The notes under the pieces were generated by a model that had not been told where the DNA came from, ran no database searches, and saw only the letters and a program-made list of their open reading frames with translations. A DNA stretch of 64,000 bases from an uncultured Lachnospiraceae bacterium (GTDB lineage Bacteria > Bacillota > Clostridia > Lachnospirales > Lachnospiraceae). The stretch is from positions 99,150 through 163,149 of the forward strand of contig CAJTTI010000003.1 of assembly GCA_910579225.1 (NCBI GenBank), given 5' to 3'. Of the stretch, positions 30,099 to 38,871 are shown piece by piece. The translations under genes were made by a program, and so were the position numbers. Each line of letters opens with the position of its first letter. The first letter of the stretch is position 1.

Positions 30099-30890
30099 AT
30101 GAGTGTAGTTGCAAAGAACCCCGGCATGAAATTAGTGGAAGGAAATCACCTGAGCATTACCAGGGCAAGTGTATCCCCGTTTTCTGCGAATCTACTTCCG
30201 AAGGCATTCGTTCTGGACAGTTTTCTGCCGGAATGGGAAGCGACCAAAGCATATATCTATGCTACGCCGGCTATCGGAGCCAAATTTCTGGAGTGTAAGC
30301 TGGCTATCCGTCAGGGCGGAGGAAGCAAAGAGCGTATTGTCAACGGGTATGAGAACTTTATGTATGTCATTCGCGGAGAGGCGGAAGTCATCATATCCGG
30401 TAAGACTTATACTATGGAGAAGGAAGGATACTTCTGGCTGCCGCCGATGGTGGATTTTGAAGTAAAGAACAAAAAGGAAGCAGATCTGGAGATTTTGTGG
30501 GTGAGAAAACAGTATGAAGAAACCAAATTCTATTCCATACCCGATATGATTGTCTCCAGTGTACTGGACATTGAACCAATTCACAGCCCGGCAGAGGAAG
30601 AGCAGCAGTGCCTGCCATTTGAGAAAAACTTTGGTTTTGATATGGCGATGAATATGCTGACCTTCAATCCCGGCGTTACGTTCCCGTTTACGGAGACGCA
30701 TGTGTTTGAACATGGTGGATATTTCCTGGATGGACGTGGCAATTTCTGGATCAATGGAGTAAATTATGAGGTTCATGAGGATGACTTCTGTTATATGGCT
30801 CCATTTGCACCTCATTATGTAGTTTCTTATGGTCCGGAACCTCTGCGTTACCTGTTATATAAAAATGTAAACAGAGATTTCTCTCTGTAA
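30099..30890 (+). CDS. (S)-ureidoglycine aminohydrolase-like bicupin (AllE/YlbA family)
   Basis: Two cupin domains; FDMAMN, ETHVFEHG, YLLYKNVNR C-terminus. Confidence 0.8.
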   Translation: MSVVAKNPGMKLVEGNHLSITRASVSPFSANLLPKAFVLDSFLPEWEATKAYIYATPAIGAKFLECKLAIRQGGGSKERIVNGYENFMYVIRGEAEVIISGKTYTMEKEGYFWLPPMVDFEVKNKKEADLEILWVRKQYEETKFYSIPDMIVSSVLDIEPIHSPAEEEQQCLPFEKNFGFDMAMNMLTFNPGVTFPFTETHVFEHGGYFLDGRGNFWINGVNYEVHEDDFCYMAPFAPHYVVSYGPEPLRYLLYKNVNRDFSL

Positions 30891-30914
30891 GACAATATAA
30901 GGAGTGGAGAACAT

Positions 30915-32384
30915 ATGGAGGCTGACAGAGTTTTTCTTGCGGTAGATCAGGGATCTTCCGGCACCATGACGGCACTGTTTAACGAAAAGCTGGAGATGAT
31001 AGACTGGGTTGATATTCCGGTGAAAGTTCAAACACCCCGGTATGGATGGGTGGAGCATGATCCATGGGAACTGTTGGAATCTGTGAAAAGCGGCGCACAG
31101 CAGCTGTTGGCCCGGCATCCGGAATATCTGGAGAAACTGGAAGGAATCGGACTGGCCAATCAGGGAGAATCTTTTCTTCTGTGGAACCGGGAGACAAAAG
31201 AGCCGGTGACACCGGTGATCAGCTGGCAGGACAGCAGGAGTGAGCAGTTTTGCAGTAAGCTTCAGGAGGACGGATATGATTCCTGGTTTCATCAGAAGAC
31301 AGGACTGCATCTGTCCAGTGAGTGGCCGGCTTTGAAGGTGTATGAAATGCGCAGAGAGGATCCAAAGCTGGATCTGCTCTGTCAGTCGGGAAATGTGATC
31401 TTCGGACAGCTGGATGCATGGTTTATCTATGCACTGAGCGGCGGAAAGCAGCTTGCTTCCGATCATGGGACGGCCTGCAGGACCGGATTTTACCATCTGC
31501 GTCAGGGAAACTGGGATCCGGAACTATTAAAATTTTTCCATGGAGAAGATCTGCTATGGCCCAGGCTTCTGGATAATGTATGTCATCTGGAGGGAATGGA
31601 CCTGGGGATCGGCAGGGAGATTCCGTGGATTGCGGGCGGGTTAGATCAATCGGTGACGCTGATTGGTCAGCGGTGTATCAGACCCCATACAGCCAAAATA
31701 ACTTATGGTACCTGCTGTGCCTGCTGGATGAACCTGGGAAGGGAGATTCTTCTGGATGACCGGCTTACCACCAGTGTGGCATGGAAACTGGGAGAAGAGT
31801 GGACTTATGCGCTGGCGGCGGAAGGTGGAGCTTCCGGCAGTATCATCACCTGGCTTCAGGATCGCTTTTCGGGAGGGTGGCCTCTGGAAGAACTTTCCGA
31901 TATTGCCTGTAAATACGACGATCAACCGTCGCTGGTGTTTGTCCCTGCATTCCAGGGGCTGTCAGCTCCTTACTGGAAGGAAGCCCGGGGAACCCTGTTC
32001 GGTATAACAACCGGAACCAGACCGGAGCACCTTCTGCGGGCAGGGCTGGATGCAATTACATATACAATCAAAGACATTATAGACTGCATGCCGGAGTTTG
32101 AACGCCTTGTAGTGGATGGAGGAATGACAGCAAATGATTATCTGCTGAAAAAACAGGCAGATGTACTTGGGAAATCCATTAGGAAGGCAGAAGAAAAAGA
32201 GGGTACACTCATGGGAATCGCATACCTGTGCGCGCTGAGTACAGGGATTTTGCCGGGGCTCCACGCCCTGGACATGACAGAAGGGGAAGAGATCCGTCCA
32301 GACAGGAAAGACGACGGACAAGGGTACAAAACCTGGAAAAGATCCGTGCAGGCAGTGATTGATTATTATAATGACAAAATTTGA
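30915..32384 (+). CDS. FGGY-family carbohydrate kinase (glycerol kinase-like)
   Basis: DQGSSGT, WVEHDP, ANQGES, WQDSRS, KITYGT, FQGLSAPYW, VDGG. Confidence 0.9.
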   Translation: MEADRVFLAVDQGSSGTMTALFNEKLEMIDWVDIPVKVQTPRYGWVEHDPWELLESVKSGAQQLLARHPEYLEKLEGIGLANQGESFLLWNRETKEPVTPVISWQDSRSEQFCSKLQEDGYDSWFHQKTGLHLSSEWPALKVYEMRREDPKLDLLCQSGNVIFGQLDAWFIYALSGGKQLASDHGTACRTGFYHLRQGNWDPELLKFFHGEDLLWPRLLDNVCHLEGMDLGIGREIPWIAGGLDQSVTLIGQRCIRPHTAKITYGTCCACWMNLGREILLDDRLTTSVAWKLGEEWTYALAAEGGASGSIITWLQDRFSGGWPLEELSDIACKYDDQPSLVFVPAFQGLSAPYWKEARGTLFGITTGTRPEHLLRAGLDAITYTIKDIIDCMPEFERLVVDGGMTANDYLLKKQADVLGKSIRKAEEKEGTLMGIAYLCALSTGILPGLHALDMTEGEEIRPDRKDDGQGYKTWKRSVQAVIDYYNDKI

Positions 32385-32398
32385 AAGGAGACAGTTCT

Positions 32399-33694
32399 AT
32401 GGGAAGACTGGAAAAATGTGCCGAGCTGCAGGCAAGGGCACAAAAAAGCATCCCCCTGGGTGTGAATTCGAACGGACGTTTCTGGGGGAAGGGAATTACT
32501 CCATATTTTAAAAAAGGTAAAGGCTCCTGTGTATGGGATGTGGACGGGAACAAGTATGTGGATTACCGTCTGGCGTTTGGACCTGTAATCCTGGGATATG
32601 CATATGATGAGGTGGACAATCAGGTTATTGAGACCATTAAAAACGGGGTAACTCCGGGGATTACTTCCGAACTGGAAGTTGAGGTGGCGGAGCGCATCAT
32701 CGAGATGTGTCCGGCTACGGAGATGGTACGTCTGGTCAATACCGGTTCCGATGCGACGCAGCATTCCCTGAGAGTTGCCAGGGCATACACCGGAAAGGAT
32801 AAAATCATTAAGTTTGAGGGCGGCTATCATGGTTCTTATGATTATATGCTGTTCTCTACCTATGCACCGCCTTCAGTCTACGGAAACCGGAGAAGTCCGA
32901 TCTCCGTGGCAGCAAGCTCAGGAATACCGGCTGCACTGAATGACCTGATCATAACCCTTCCGTTTAATGACCTGGAGCTTCTGGAAGCTACATTTAAAAG
33001 ATATGGACATGAAGTGGCAGCTGTGATTACAGAACCGATGCTGGGTAATTTTGGTTCTGCAGATCCGGTCCCGGGATTTATGGACGGCCTGAGAAGTCTC
33101 TGCGACAAGTACGGAGTTCTGTGGATTCTGGATGAAGTGAAAACTGGTTTCCGGATTGCAAGAGGCGGGGCTCAGGAGAAATATGGTTATAAGCCGGATC
33201 TTACCACTTATGCAAAGTCCCTTGGAAACGGTTATCCGGTTGCGGCCTACGGCGGGAAAAAAGAAATCATGAGTATTGTAGGCCAGGGCGTTACCCAGGG
33301 AGGTACCTATGCAGGAAATGCAGTGGCAGCAGCAGGCGCCAAAGCGACTCTGGACATCATGAAGAGAGAAAAAGTTCATGAACATATAGATGCTGTGGGT
33401 ACAAAGCTGCAAAAAGGCATGAAGGAAATCTTTGATGAGGCAGGACTTCCGTGTCTGATCAGTTCTCTGCCTTCTATCTTTACCATCAGTTTCGGAATTG
33501 AACGCAATCTGGATGCAAGAGACTGGTGTAAAGCAGACGGGAAACTGTATAAGAAAATAGCAGAGAAAGCATTTGAGAAAGGGGTTCTGATTGACGAAGA
33601 CCCGAGAGAGCCTTTCTGCCTGTCCTATTCTCATACAGACGTAGATATTGATTTTACACTTGAAGTGATTCGGGATGCAGTGAAACATATTTAA
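32399..33694 (+). CDS. Class III PLP aminotransferase (glutamate-semialdehyde aminomutase-like)
   Basis: KFEGGYHG, DEVKTGFR, PLP lysine in YAKSLGNG, GGTYAGN. Confidence 0.88.
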   Translation: MGRLEKCAELQARAQKSIPLGVNSNGRFWGKGITPYFKKGKGSCVWDVDGNKYVDYRLAFGPVILGYAYDEVDNQVIETIKNGVTPGITSELEVEVAERIIEMCPATEMVRLVNTGSDATQHSLRVARAYTGKDKIIKFEGGYHGSYDYMLFSTYAPPSVYGNRRSPISVAASSGIPAALNDLIITLPFNDLELLEATFKRYGHEVAAVITEPMLGNFGSADPVPGFMDGLRSLCDKYGVLWILDEVKTGFRIARGGAQEKYGYKPDLTTYAKSLGNGYPVAAYGGKKEIMSIVGQGVTQGGTYAGNAVAAAGAKATLDIMKREKVHEHIDAVGTKLQKGMKEIFDEAGLPCLISSLPSIFTISFGIERNLDARDWCKADGKLYKKIAEKAFEKGVLIDEDPREPFCLSYSHTDVDIDFTLEVIRDAVKHI

Positions 33695-33719
33695 TATCAA
33701 AAGGAAGGGAAAGATCATT

Positions 33720-34229
33720 ATGAATGCAATAGAAGCGATCATGACAAGAAAAAGCGTGCGTTCCTTTAAAGAACAGAAAGTGACTGACGAACAGCTGGAA
33801 CAGATTATTCTGGCAGGGACAAGAGCGCCTTCCGGTATGGCCAATGAGCCATGGAGATTTGCAATTGTCAAAGAGGATAATGTGAAAAGCAGGATTGCAA
33901 AGCTGACAAAGCATACAAAAGTGCTGGAGAGTGCAGATGCTCTGATCTGTCTTTTTATGGATACGGAAGTAGGCTATGATGTGGTGAAAGATGCCAACAC
34001 CATGGGTGCCTGTGCAGAGAATATGCTGCTGGCTGCTCATGCCATGGGTCTGGGAGCAGTCTGGATTGCAGAAATCCGCAAAAATAAAGAACAGGTGGCA
34101 ATTGAATGCAGCGTAGATCCGGAACGGTACGATATGATGGTGGTTATGCCGGTGGGATACAGCGATGAATCGCCGGAACCAACCCCAAGAAAGCGGACAC
34201 TGGATGAAGTGATTATTTCAAGAAAATAG
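33720..34229 (+). CDS. Nitroreductase-family flavoprotein
   Basis: RKSVRSF, APSGMANEPWRF, ENMLLAAHAMGLGAVW. Confidence 0.92.
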   Translation: MNAIEAIMTRKSVRSFKEQKVTDEQLEQIILAGTRAPSGMANEPWRFAIVKEDNVKSRIAKLTKHTKVLESADALICLFMDTEVGYDVVKDANTMGACAENMLLAAHAMGLGAVWIAEIRKNKEQVAIECSVDPERYDMMVVMPVGYSDESPEPTPRKRTLDEVIISRK

Positions 34230-34237
34230 GGTGAGAT

Positions 34238-35404
34238 ATGGAGAAAATAAAGATTGGTATTATAGGAGGCGGGATTGCAGGGACTGCGTTGGGATATTAC
34301 CTGAGTCTGTATGATAATGCTGAGATCAGTATCTTTGAGAAAGACCGTGTTGGCTGCGGTTCCACAGCAAAATCAGCCGGGACGGTATGCCTGTTTGACG
34401 ATTCCTTAAGCAACCGTTACTGGGATGTGCGTCTGTATGGATTTGAAACTTACCTGAAAATGGAACAGGAAGAAAAAGGTTCTGCAGGATTTGACAAGAC
34501 AGGGACTCTGGTGGTGGCTACGACTCCGGAAGTGGAGAAAGTAATCAAGACAGGAATTGCATTGGCAAAAGCTGCCGGATATGAAGGAGAATATATCACG
34601 GATAAAGAACGGATCAAGCAGATCCTTCCGGATATCAGTACGGAACATATTCTGGGCGCCGGCTATACAAAAGACGACGGATATTTTGACGGAACCATGA
34701 TATCCAATACATTTGCTAAAAAGTTTAAGCAAAACGGCGGGAAGATCCATACCATGACGAAGGTGGTAAAGATCTTAAAAGAAGGAAATAAGGCAACCGG
34801 ACTCGAGACAGCTGACGGGGCCTGGCATATGTTTGACTATGTGGTAGATTGTACCGGACCCTGGAGCCGGATGACCGGAGAGATGGCTGACGTGAATGAA
34901 CCTGTATGGCACACGAAGGCGGAAGCATTTTTCCTGAGCCCTCCGGGCAAGAAACTGAACTACACGTTTCCTGTATTGAAGTATCCTGCGTTTTATGCGC
35001 TGCGGGCAGGCGACAACATCTTTATCTGTAAGGCGCATCTGTCTATGGATCTGAATGATCCTATGCATGCAGGAAACTGGAATCCTGATGAGATTCCGGC
35101 TACAGGCGGGACAGACGATTACTTTATTGAATTTCTTTATGAACAGCTGGAAGCTACAGTTCCGGGGATTGTGGACAGCGGCCTGGTATCTTCCTGGCTT
35201 TCCTACCGGGCGGAGACAAAAGACTTTCTTCCGATCCTGGGCGAGACGCCGGTGGAAGGATATCTGGTGGCGTCCGGCTACGGCGGAAACGGAGTCATTG
35301 AGGCGCCTGCAGCCAGCAGGGATCTGGCCAAATTTATCATGACCGGAGAGAAGACGCCGCTTTTGGAAGACTGGGCGTTTATGAGGCTGGCCAAAGAAGC
35401 ATAA
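34238..35404 (+). CDS. FAD-dependent oxidoreductase, D-amino acid/sarcosine oxidase (DAO) family
   Basis: IIGGGIAG, GSTAKSAG, DGYFD, PILG, SGYGGNG. Confidence 0.87.
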   Translation: MEKIKIGIIGGGIAGTALGYYLSLYDNAEISIFEKDRVGCGSTAKSAGTVCLFDDSLSNRYWDVRLYGFETYLKMEQEEKGSAGFDKTGTLVVATTPEVEKVIKTGIALAKAAGYEGEYITDKERIKQILPDISTEHILGAGYTKDDGYFDGTMISNTFAKKFKQNGGKIHTMTKVVKILKEGNKATGLETADGAWHMFDYVVDCTGPWSRMTGEMADVNEPVWHTKAEAFFLSPPGKKLNYTFPVLKYPAFYALRAGDNIFICKAHLSMDLNDPMHAGNWNPDEIPATGGTDDYFIEFLYEQLEATVPGIVDSGLVSSWLSYRAETKDFLPILGETPVEGYLVASGYGGNGVIEAPAASRDLAKFIMTGEKTPLLEDWAFMRLAKEA

Positions 35405-35438
35405 GGAAAAAGACAAGATCACAGGATGGGAGGAAACA

Positions 35439-36239
35439 ATGCGGATTGTAGTATGTATAAAACAAGTACCGTCTTCTGGTGATGTTACCGTGGACCCGGT
35501 TACTCATAACCTGGTTCGTGAGAAAGCGGGAAGTATGCTGAACCCGTCGGACTATAATGCCATTGAGGCGGCGCTCCTTCTGAGGGAACAGTTGTCAGAG
35601 AGTGGGTCGGACTGTAAGGTCGCGGCGGTCACCATGGGTCCTCCGGATGCACAGGAGGTTCTGCGGACAGCAATGGCCATGGGAGCAGATGAGGCATGCC
35701 TGCTTACGGACAGACAGTTTGCCGGGGGCGACACAATTGCAACGGCAACGGTGCTGGCAGCAGGGATTGAAAAATACGGAGCTTATGACCTGATTATTGC
35801 AGGTGCAGAATCCAGTGACGGAGCTACCGGGCAGGTGGGGCCCATGGTTGCGGAACGACTTTCCATACCTCATATTGCCATGGTACAGGAAATGGAAGCA
35901 GCAACGGACAGCCTGATTGCTGTAAAGAAAATGAATGGAACCAGGATAAAGCTCAAAGCTTCCATGCCGGCGCTTGTTACAGTCAGGTACGGTGCTAATG
36001 AACCAAGACTTGCCACTCTGCGTTCAAGGATGGCAGCCAAGAAAAAGCCAATCGTCACTTATACCAATGAGGAACTTGGTCTGCCGCGTTCTGCCATTGG
36101 TGCAGAAGGTTCTCCGACTGTGGTTACAGAGTCTTTCCGTCCGGAGATTGTGAATACCTGTGAATTTATGACAGGAAATCCGAAGGAAATTGCCCGTCAG
36201 ATGCTGGCGTTGATTGAAAAAGAAAGGGGAAACAGTTGA
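35439..36239 (+). CDS. etfB: Electron transfer flavoprotein beta subunit
   Basis: VCIKQVP, MGPP, AMGAD, FAGGDT, DGATGQVG. Confidence 0.93.
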   Translation: MRIVVCIKQVPSSGDVTVDPVTHNLVREKAGSMLNPSDYNAIEAALLLREQLSESGSDCKVAAVTMGPPDAQEVLRTAMAMGADEACLLTDRQFAGGDTIATATVLAAGIEKYGAYDLIIAGAESSDGATGQVGPMVAERLSIPHIAMVQEMEAATDSLIAVKKMNGTRIKLKASMPALVTVRYGANEPRLATLRSRMAAKKKPIVTYTNEELGLPRSAIGAEGSPTVVTESFRPEIVNTCEFMTGNPKEIARQMLALIEKERGNS

Positions 36240-37243
36240 TGGCGCGGGGAATATGTATTTTTGCAGAGCACTGGAACGGTGAGATCAGTCCTGCTGTCTT
36301 TGAACTGCTGACAGCTGCCAAAGAGCTGAAAGAACAGCTGGGGGAACCGATTCAGATCATGCTGGCATCTGCATCTTGTGATACACTGATCGAACAAATG
36401 AACGGTATGCCAGTAGATGAGATCTATGCAGTAAAACTGGAAAAAGATATCTGTTTTCAGGAAGATGTACTGGCTAAGGTATATGCGCAGATGCTGGAAA
36501 AGATTCAGCCTGGCTGTGTTCTGATTCCGGCAGACGACATGGGGCGTTCCCTGTTTCCGAGAGTTGCGTACCGGCTTTCAGCGGGACTGACGGCAGACTG
36601 TACAGAGCTGAAAGCGGCAAGAAGAGAAGACGGTACGTTCTATATCCGTCAGATCAAACCTTCTTTTGAAGAGAATACGAAGGTATGCATTTGCTGTAAA
36701 GAAAACCGCTATCCGCAGATGATGACGGTCCGGGAAGGGATATATGAGGCATGTGAAGCGTCCGAAGGGCAGAAGAGGCCAGAAGTCCGGTATATGGATG
36801 TGGAAGCATCCGGAAAATCAGGGATTGAACTTTTGGAAATGCTGCCGTTAGATGAAAGCGCAGGAAGTCTGCAGTCGGCGGAAGTGGTCGTGGTTGGCGG
36901 AAGGGGAACGCTTGAGAAGGACAACTTCCAGCTGATGGAGCAATTTGCGGAAAAACTGGGAGCGGCAATCGGAGGTACCAGACCATTAATGGATATGGGA
37001 AAGATTCCATTCGATCATCAGATTGGCCAGACTGGCTGTACAATCAGACCGCAGATTTGCATTTCTTTTGGTGCTTCCGGTGCAATCCAGCATACAGAAG
37101 GGATAAAAAATACCAGATTGTTCCTGGCTGTTAATAAGGCAGAAGATGCGCCTGTATTTCAGGTGGCTGATTATGGAGCGGTGATGGATATGAATCCTGT
37201 CCTTACCTGTCTGCTGGAAGAATTGAATGAAACGGGTAAGTAG
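36239..37243 (+). CDS. etfA: Electron transfer flavoprotein alpha subunit
   Basis: GLTADCT, GGRG, GGTRP, QIGQTG, GASGAIQH. Confidence 0.93.
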   Translation: MARGICIFAEHWNGEISPAVFELLTAAKELKEQLGEPIQIMLASASCDTLIEQMNGMPVDEIYAVKLEKDICFQEDVLAKVYAQMLEKIQPGCVLIPADDMGRSLFPRVAYRLSAGLTADCTELKAARREDGTFYIRQIKPSFEENTKVCICCKENRYPQMMTVREGIYEACEASEGQKRPEVRYMDVEASGKSGIELLEMLPLDESAGSLQSAEVVVVGGRGTLEKDNFQLMEQFAEKLGAAIGGTRPLMDMGKIPFDHQIGQTGCTIRPQICISFGASGAIQHTEGIKNTRLFLAVNKAEDAPVFQVADYGAVMDMNPVLTCLLEELNETGK

Positions 37244-37260
37244 AGTGAAAGAAGAGAAAG

Positions 37261-38658
37261 GTGGTGTCAGCATTGGAGATGGAATATGACCTGCTGGTGC
37301 TGGGAGCCGGGCCGGGAGGCTATGTGGCTGCGATCCGCGGGGCGCAGCTTGGGCTTAAAACAGCAGTAATGGAGAAAAAAAATATAGGGGGTGTATGCCT
37401 GAATACAGGTTGCATTCCTTCAAAGAGTCTGATCTCAAGCGCATCTGTATTTTCAGAGGTAAAACGTCTGGAAGGGATGGGCGTGAAGACGGACTTATCA
37501 GGATTTGACTACGGGAAGGTACATGGGCAGTCCAGAGAAGCAGCAGCTACGTTGTCCAAAGGAGTGCAGTATCTTCTGGAGAAAAACGGTGTGACATTAA
37601 TAAAAGAAGAAGGGAAGCTTTCAGGAACCCATGAAGTTACTACCAGTTCCGGGAAGAAGATCCAGGCGGGCAACATTATCATTGCCACCGGTTCTCGCCC
37701 CAGGACGATACCAGGGCTGGAATATGACCATGCAAACATCTGTTCTTCGGAAGATATGATTCTGTGTGATGCGCTTCCTAAAAGTCTCTGTATTATCGGA
37801 GGAGGCGCCATCGGGTGCGAATTTGCCTATATCATGAATGCATTTGGAGTGACGGTGACGCTGGTGGAGATGACAGATCATCTGCTTCCCAATGAGGACG
37901 GCGAGGTGGCGAAAGCACTGGCTTCTTCCTTTAAGAAAAAGGGGATTTCCGTGCAGCTGCAGTCAAAAGCAGAGATTGAATCCAATACACCGGACGGCGT
38001 AACGGTCAAAATCACGAATGCAAAAGGCAAAGAAAAACAGCTGCAGACAGAGAAAGTTCTGGTAGTAACCGGACGTATGCCGAATACAGAGGGGATTGGC
38101 TTGGAAGAACTGGGTATTGTTACAGACCGCGGCTTTATCATGGTAAATGAAAACTATCAGACGAACGTTCCTTCCGTATATGCGATCGGAGATGTGATCC
38201 CTGGAGCGATGCTGGCGCATGCAGCTTCAAAAGAAGGAGAGTTTGCCAGCGAGTTTATAGCCGGCGGGACAGAACATAAGAAGGAACTTGATTCTTTCGT
38301 ACCTGGATGTGTGTACTGCGAGCCGCAAGTGGCCGGGTTCGGAGAAACACAGGAGAGTGCAAAAGCTGTGGATGAGGATGCAAAAGCATTTAAATTTTCA
38401 TTCCGCGGTATAGGAAAAGCCGTTGCGATCAATAAAAGCGAAGGTTTCGTAAAAATTATAACCGACTCCAGGGGCAAGATTCTTGGCGCCCATATTATTG
38501 GAGAAGGAGCTACGGAGATGATTCATGAGCTGGCACTTGCAGCATGGAAAGGTATTCATGTGCAGGAAGTCGCAGATATGATTCATGCACATCCAACCTT
38601 GTCAGAAGGAATTATGGAATGTGCCCGGGGGTTTGACAACAAGGTAATTCATGCATAA
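37261..38658 (+). CDS. lpdA: Dihydrolipoamide dehydrogenase E3 (true start may be 37273 or 37279)
   Basis: GAGPGGY, redox CLNTGCIPSK, GGGAIGCE, HAHPTLSE. Confidence 0.95.
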   Translation: MVSALEMEYDLLVLGAGPGGYVAAIRGAQLGLKTAVMEKKNIGGVCLNTGCIPSKSLISSASVFSEVKRLEGMGVKTDLSGFDYGKVHGQSREAAATLSKGVQYLLEKNGVTLIKEEGKLSGTHEVTTSSGKKIQAGNIIIATGSRPRTIPGLEYDHANICSSEDMILCDALPKSLCIIGGGAIGCEFAYIMNAFGVTVTLVEMTDHLLPNEDGEVAKALASSFKKKGISVQLQSKAEIESNTPDGVTVKITNAKGKEKQLQTEKVLVVTGRMPNTEGIGLEELGIVTDRGFIMVNENYQTNVPSVYAIGDVIPGAMLAHAASKEGEFASEFIAGGTEHKKELDSFVPGCVYCEPQVAGFGETQESAKAVDEDAKAFKFSFRGIGKAVAINKSEGFVKIITDSRGKILGAHIIGEGATEMIHELALAAWKGIHVQEVADMIHAHPTLSEGIMECARGFDNKVIHA

Positions 38659-38670
38659 ATATTCTCAGCG

Positions 38671-38717
38671 AAACAGGGATACACTTCGTAAAGAGGGGTA
38701 TCCCTGTTTTGTTTTTT
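38671..38717 (+). terminator. Intrinsic terminator closing the 24-gene run
   Basis: aaacagggatac / gtatccctgttt stem followed by a T-rich tail. Confidence 0.85.
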
Positions 38718-38781
38718 GTTTGGACAAAAAGTCTTTTATATTCCGGCAGTGGCATAAAAAATTGTGCAGATAGACGAAGTT

Positions 38782-38838
38782 TTTCCTAACAGCTAGGAAA
38801 CACCTTTGCATGTTTTGTGCTTCTATGCAGGATATGAT
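38782..38838 (+). promoter_or_regulatory. Operator TTTCCTA-ACAGC-TAGGAAA plus -10 box (copy 1)
   Basis: Palindrome at 38782-38800, TATGAT at 38833; an identical copy lies at 42786. Confidence 0.75.
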
Positions 38839-38871
38839 AGAATCATCATAGAAGAAAAAGGAGAGAAGATT

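Noticed and set aside
30915..32384. Calling this gene glpK
   Set aside because: It is divergent from glycerol kinase at several motifs and has no glpF or glpD neighbours.
32399..33694. Calling this gene hemL
   Set aside because: It belongs to the GSA-aminomutase-like family, but there are no tetrapyrrole genes nearby and the context is catabolic.
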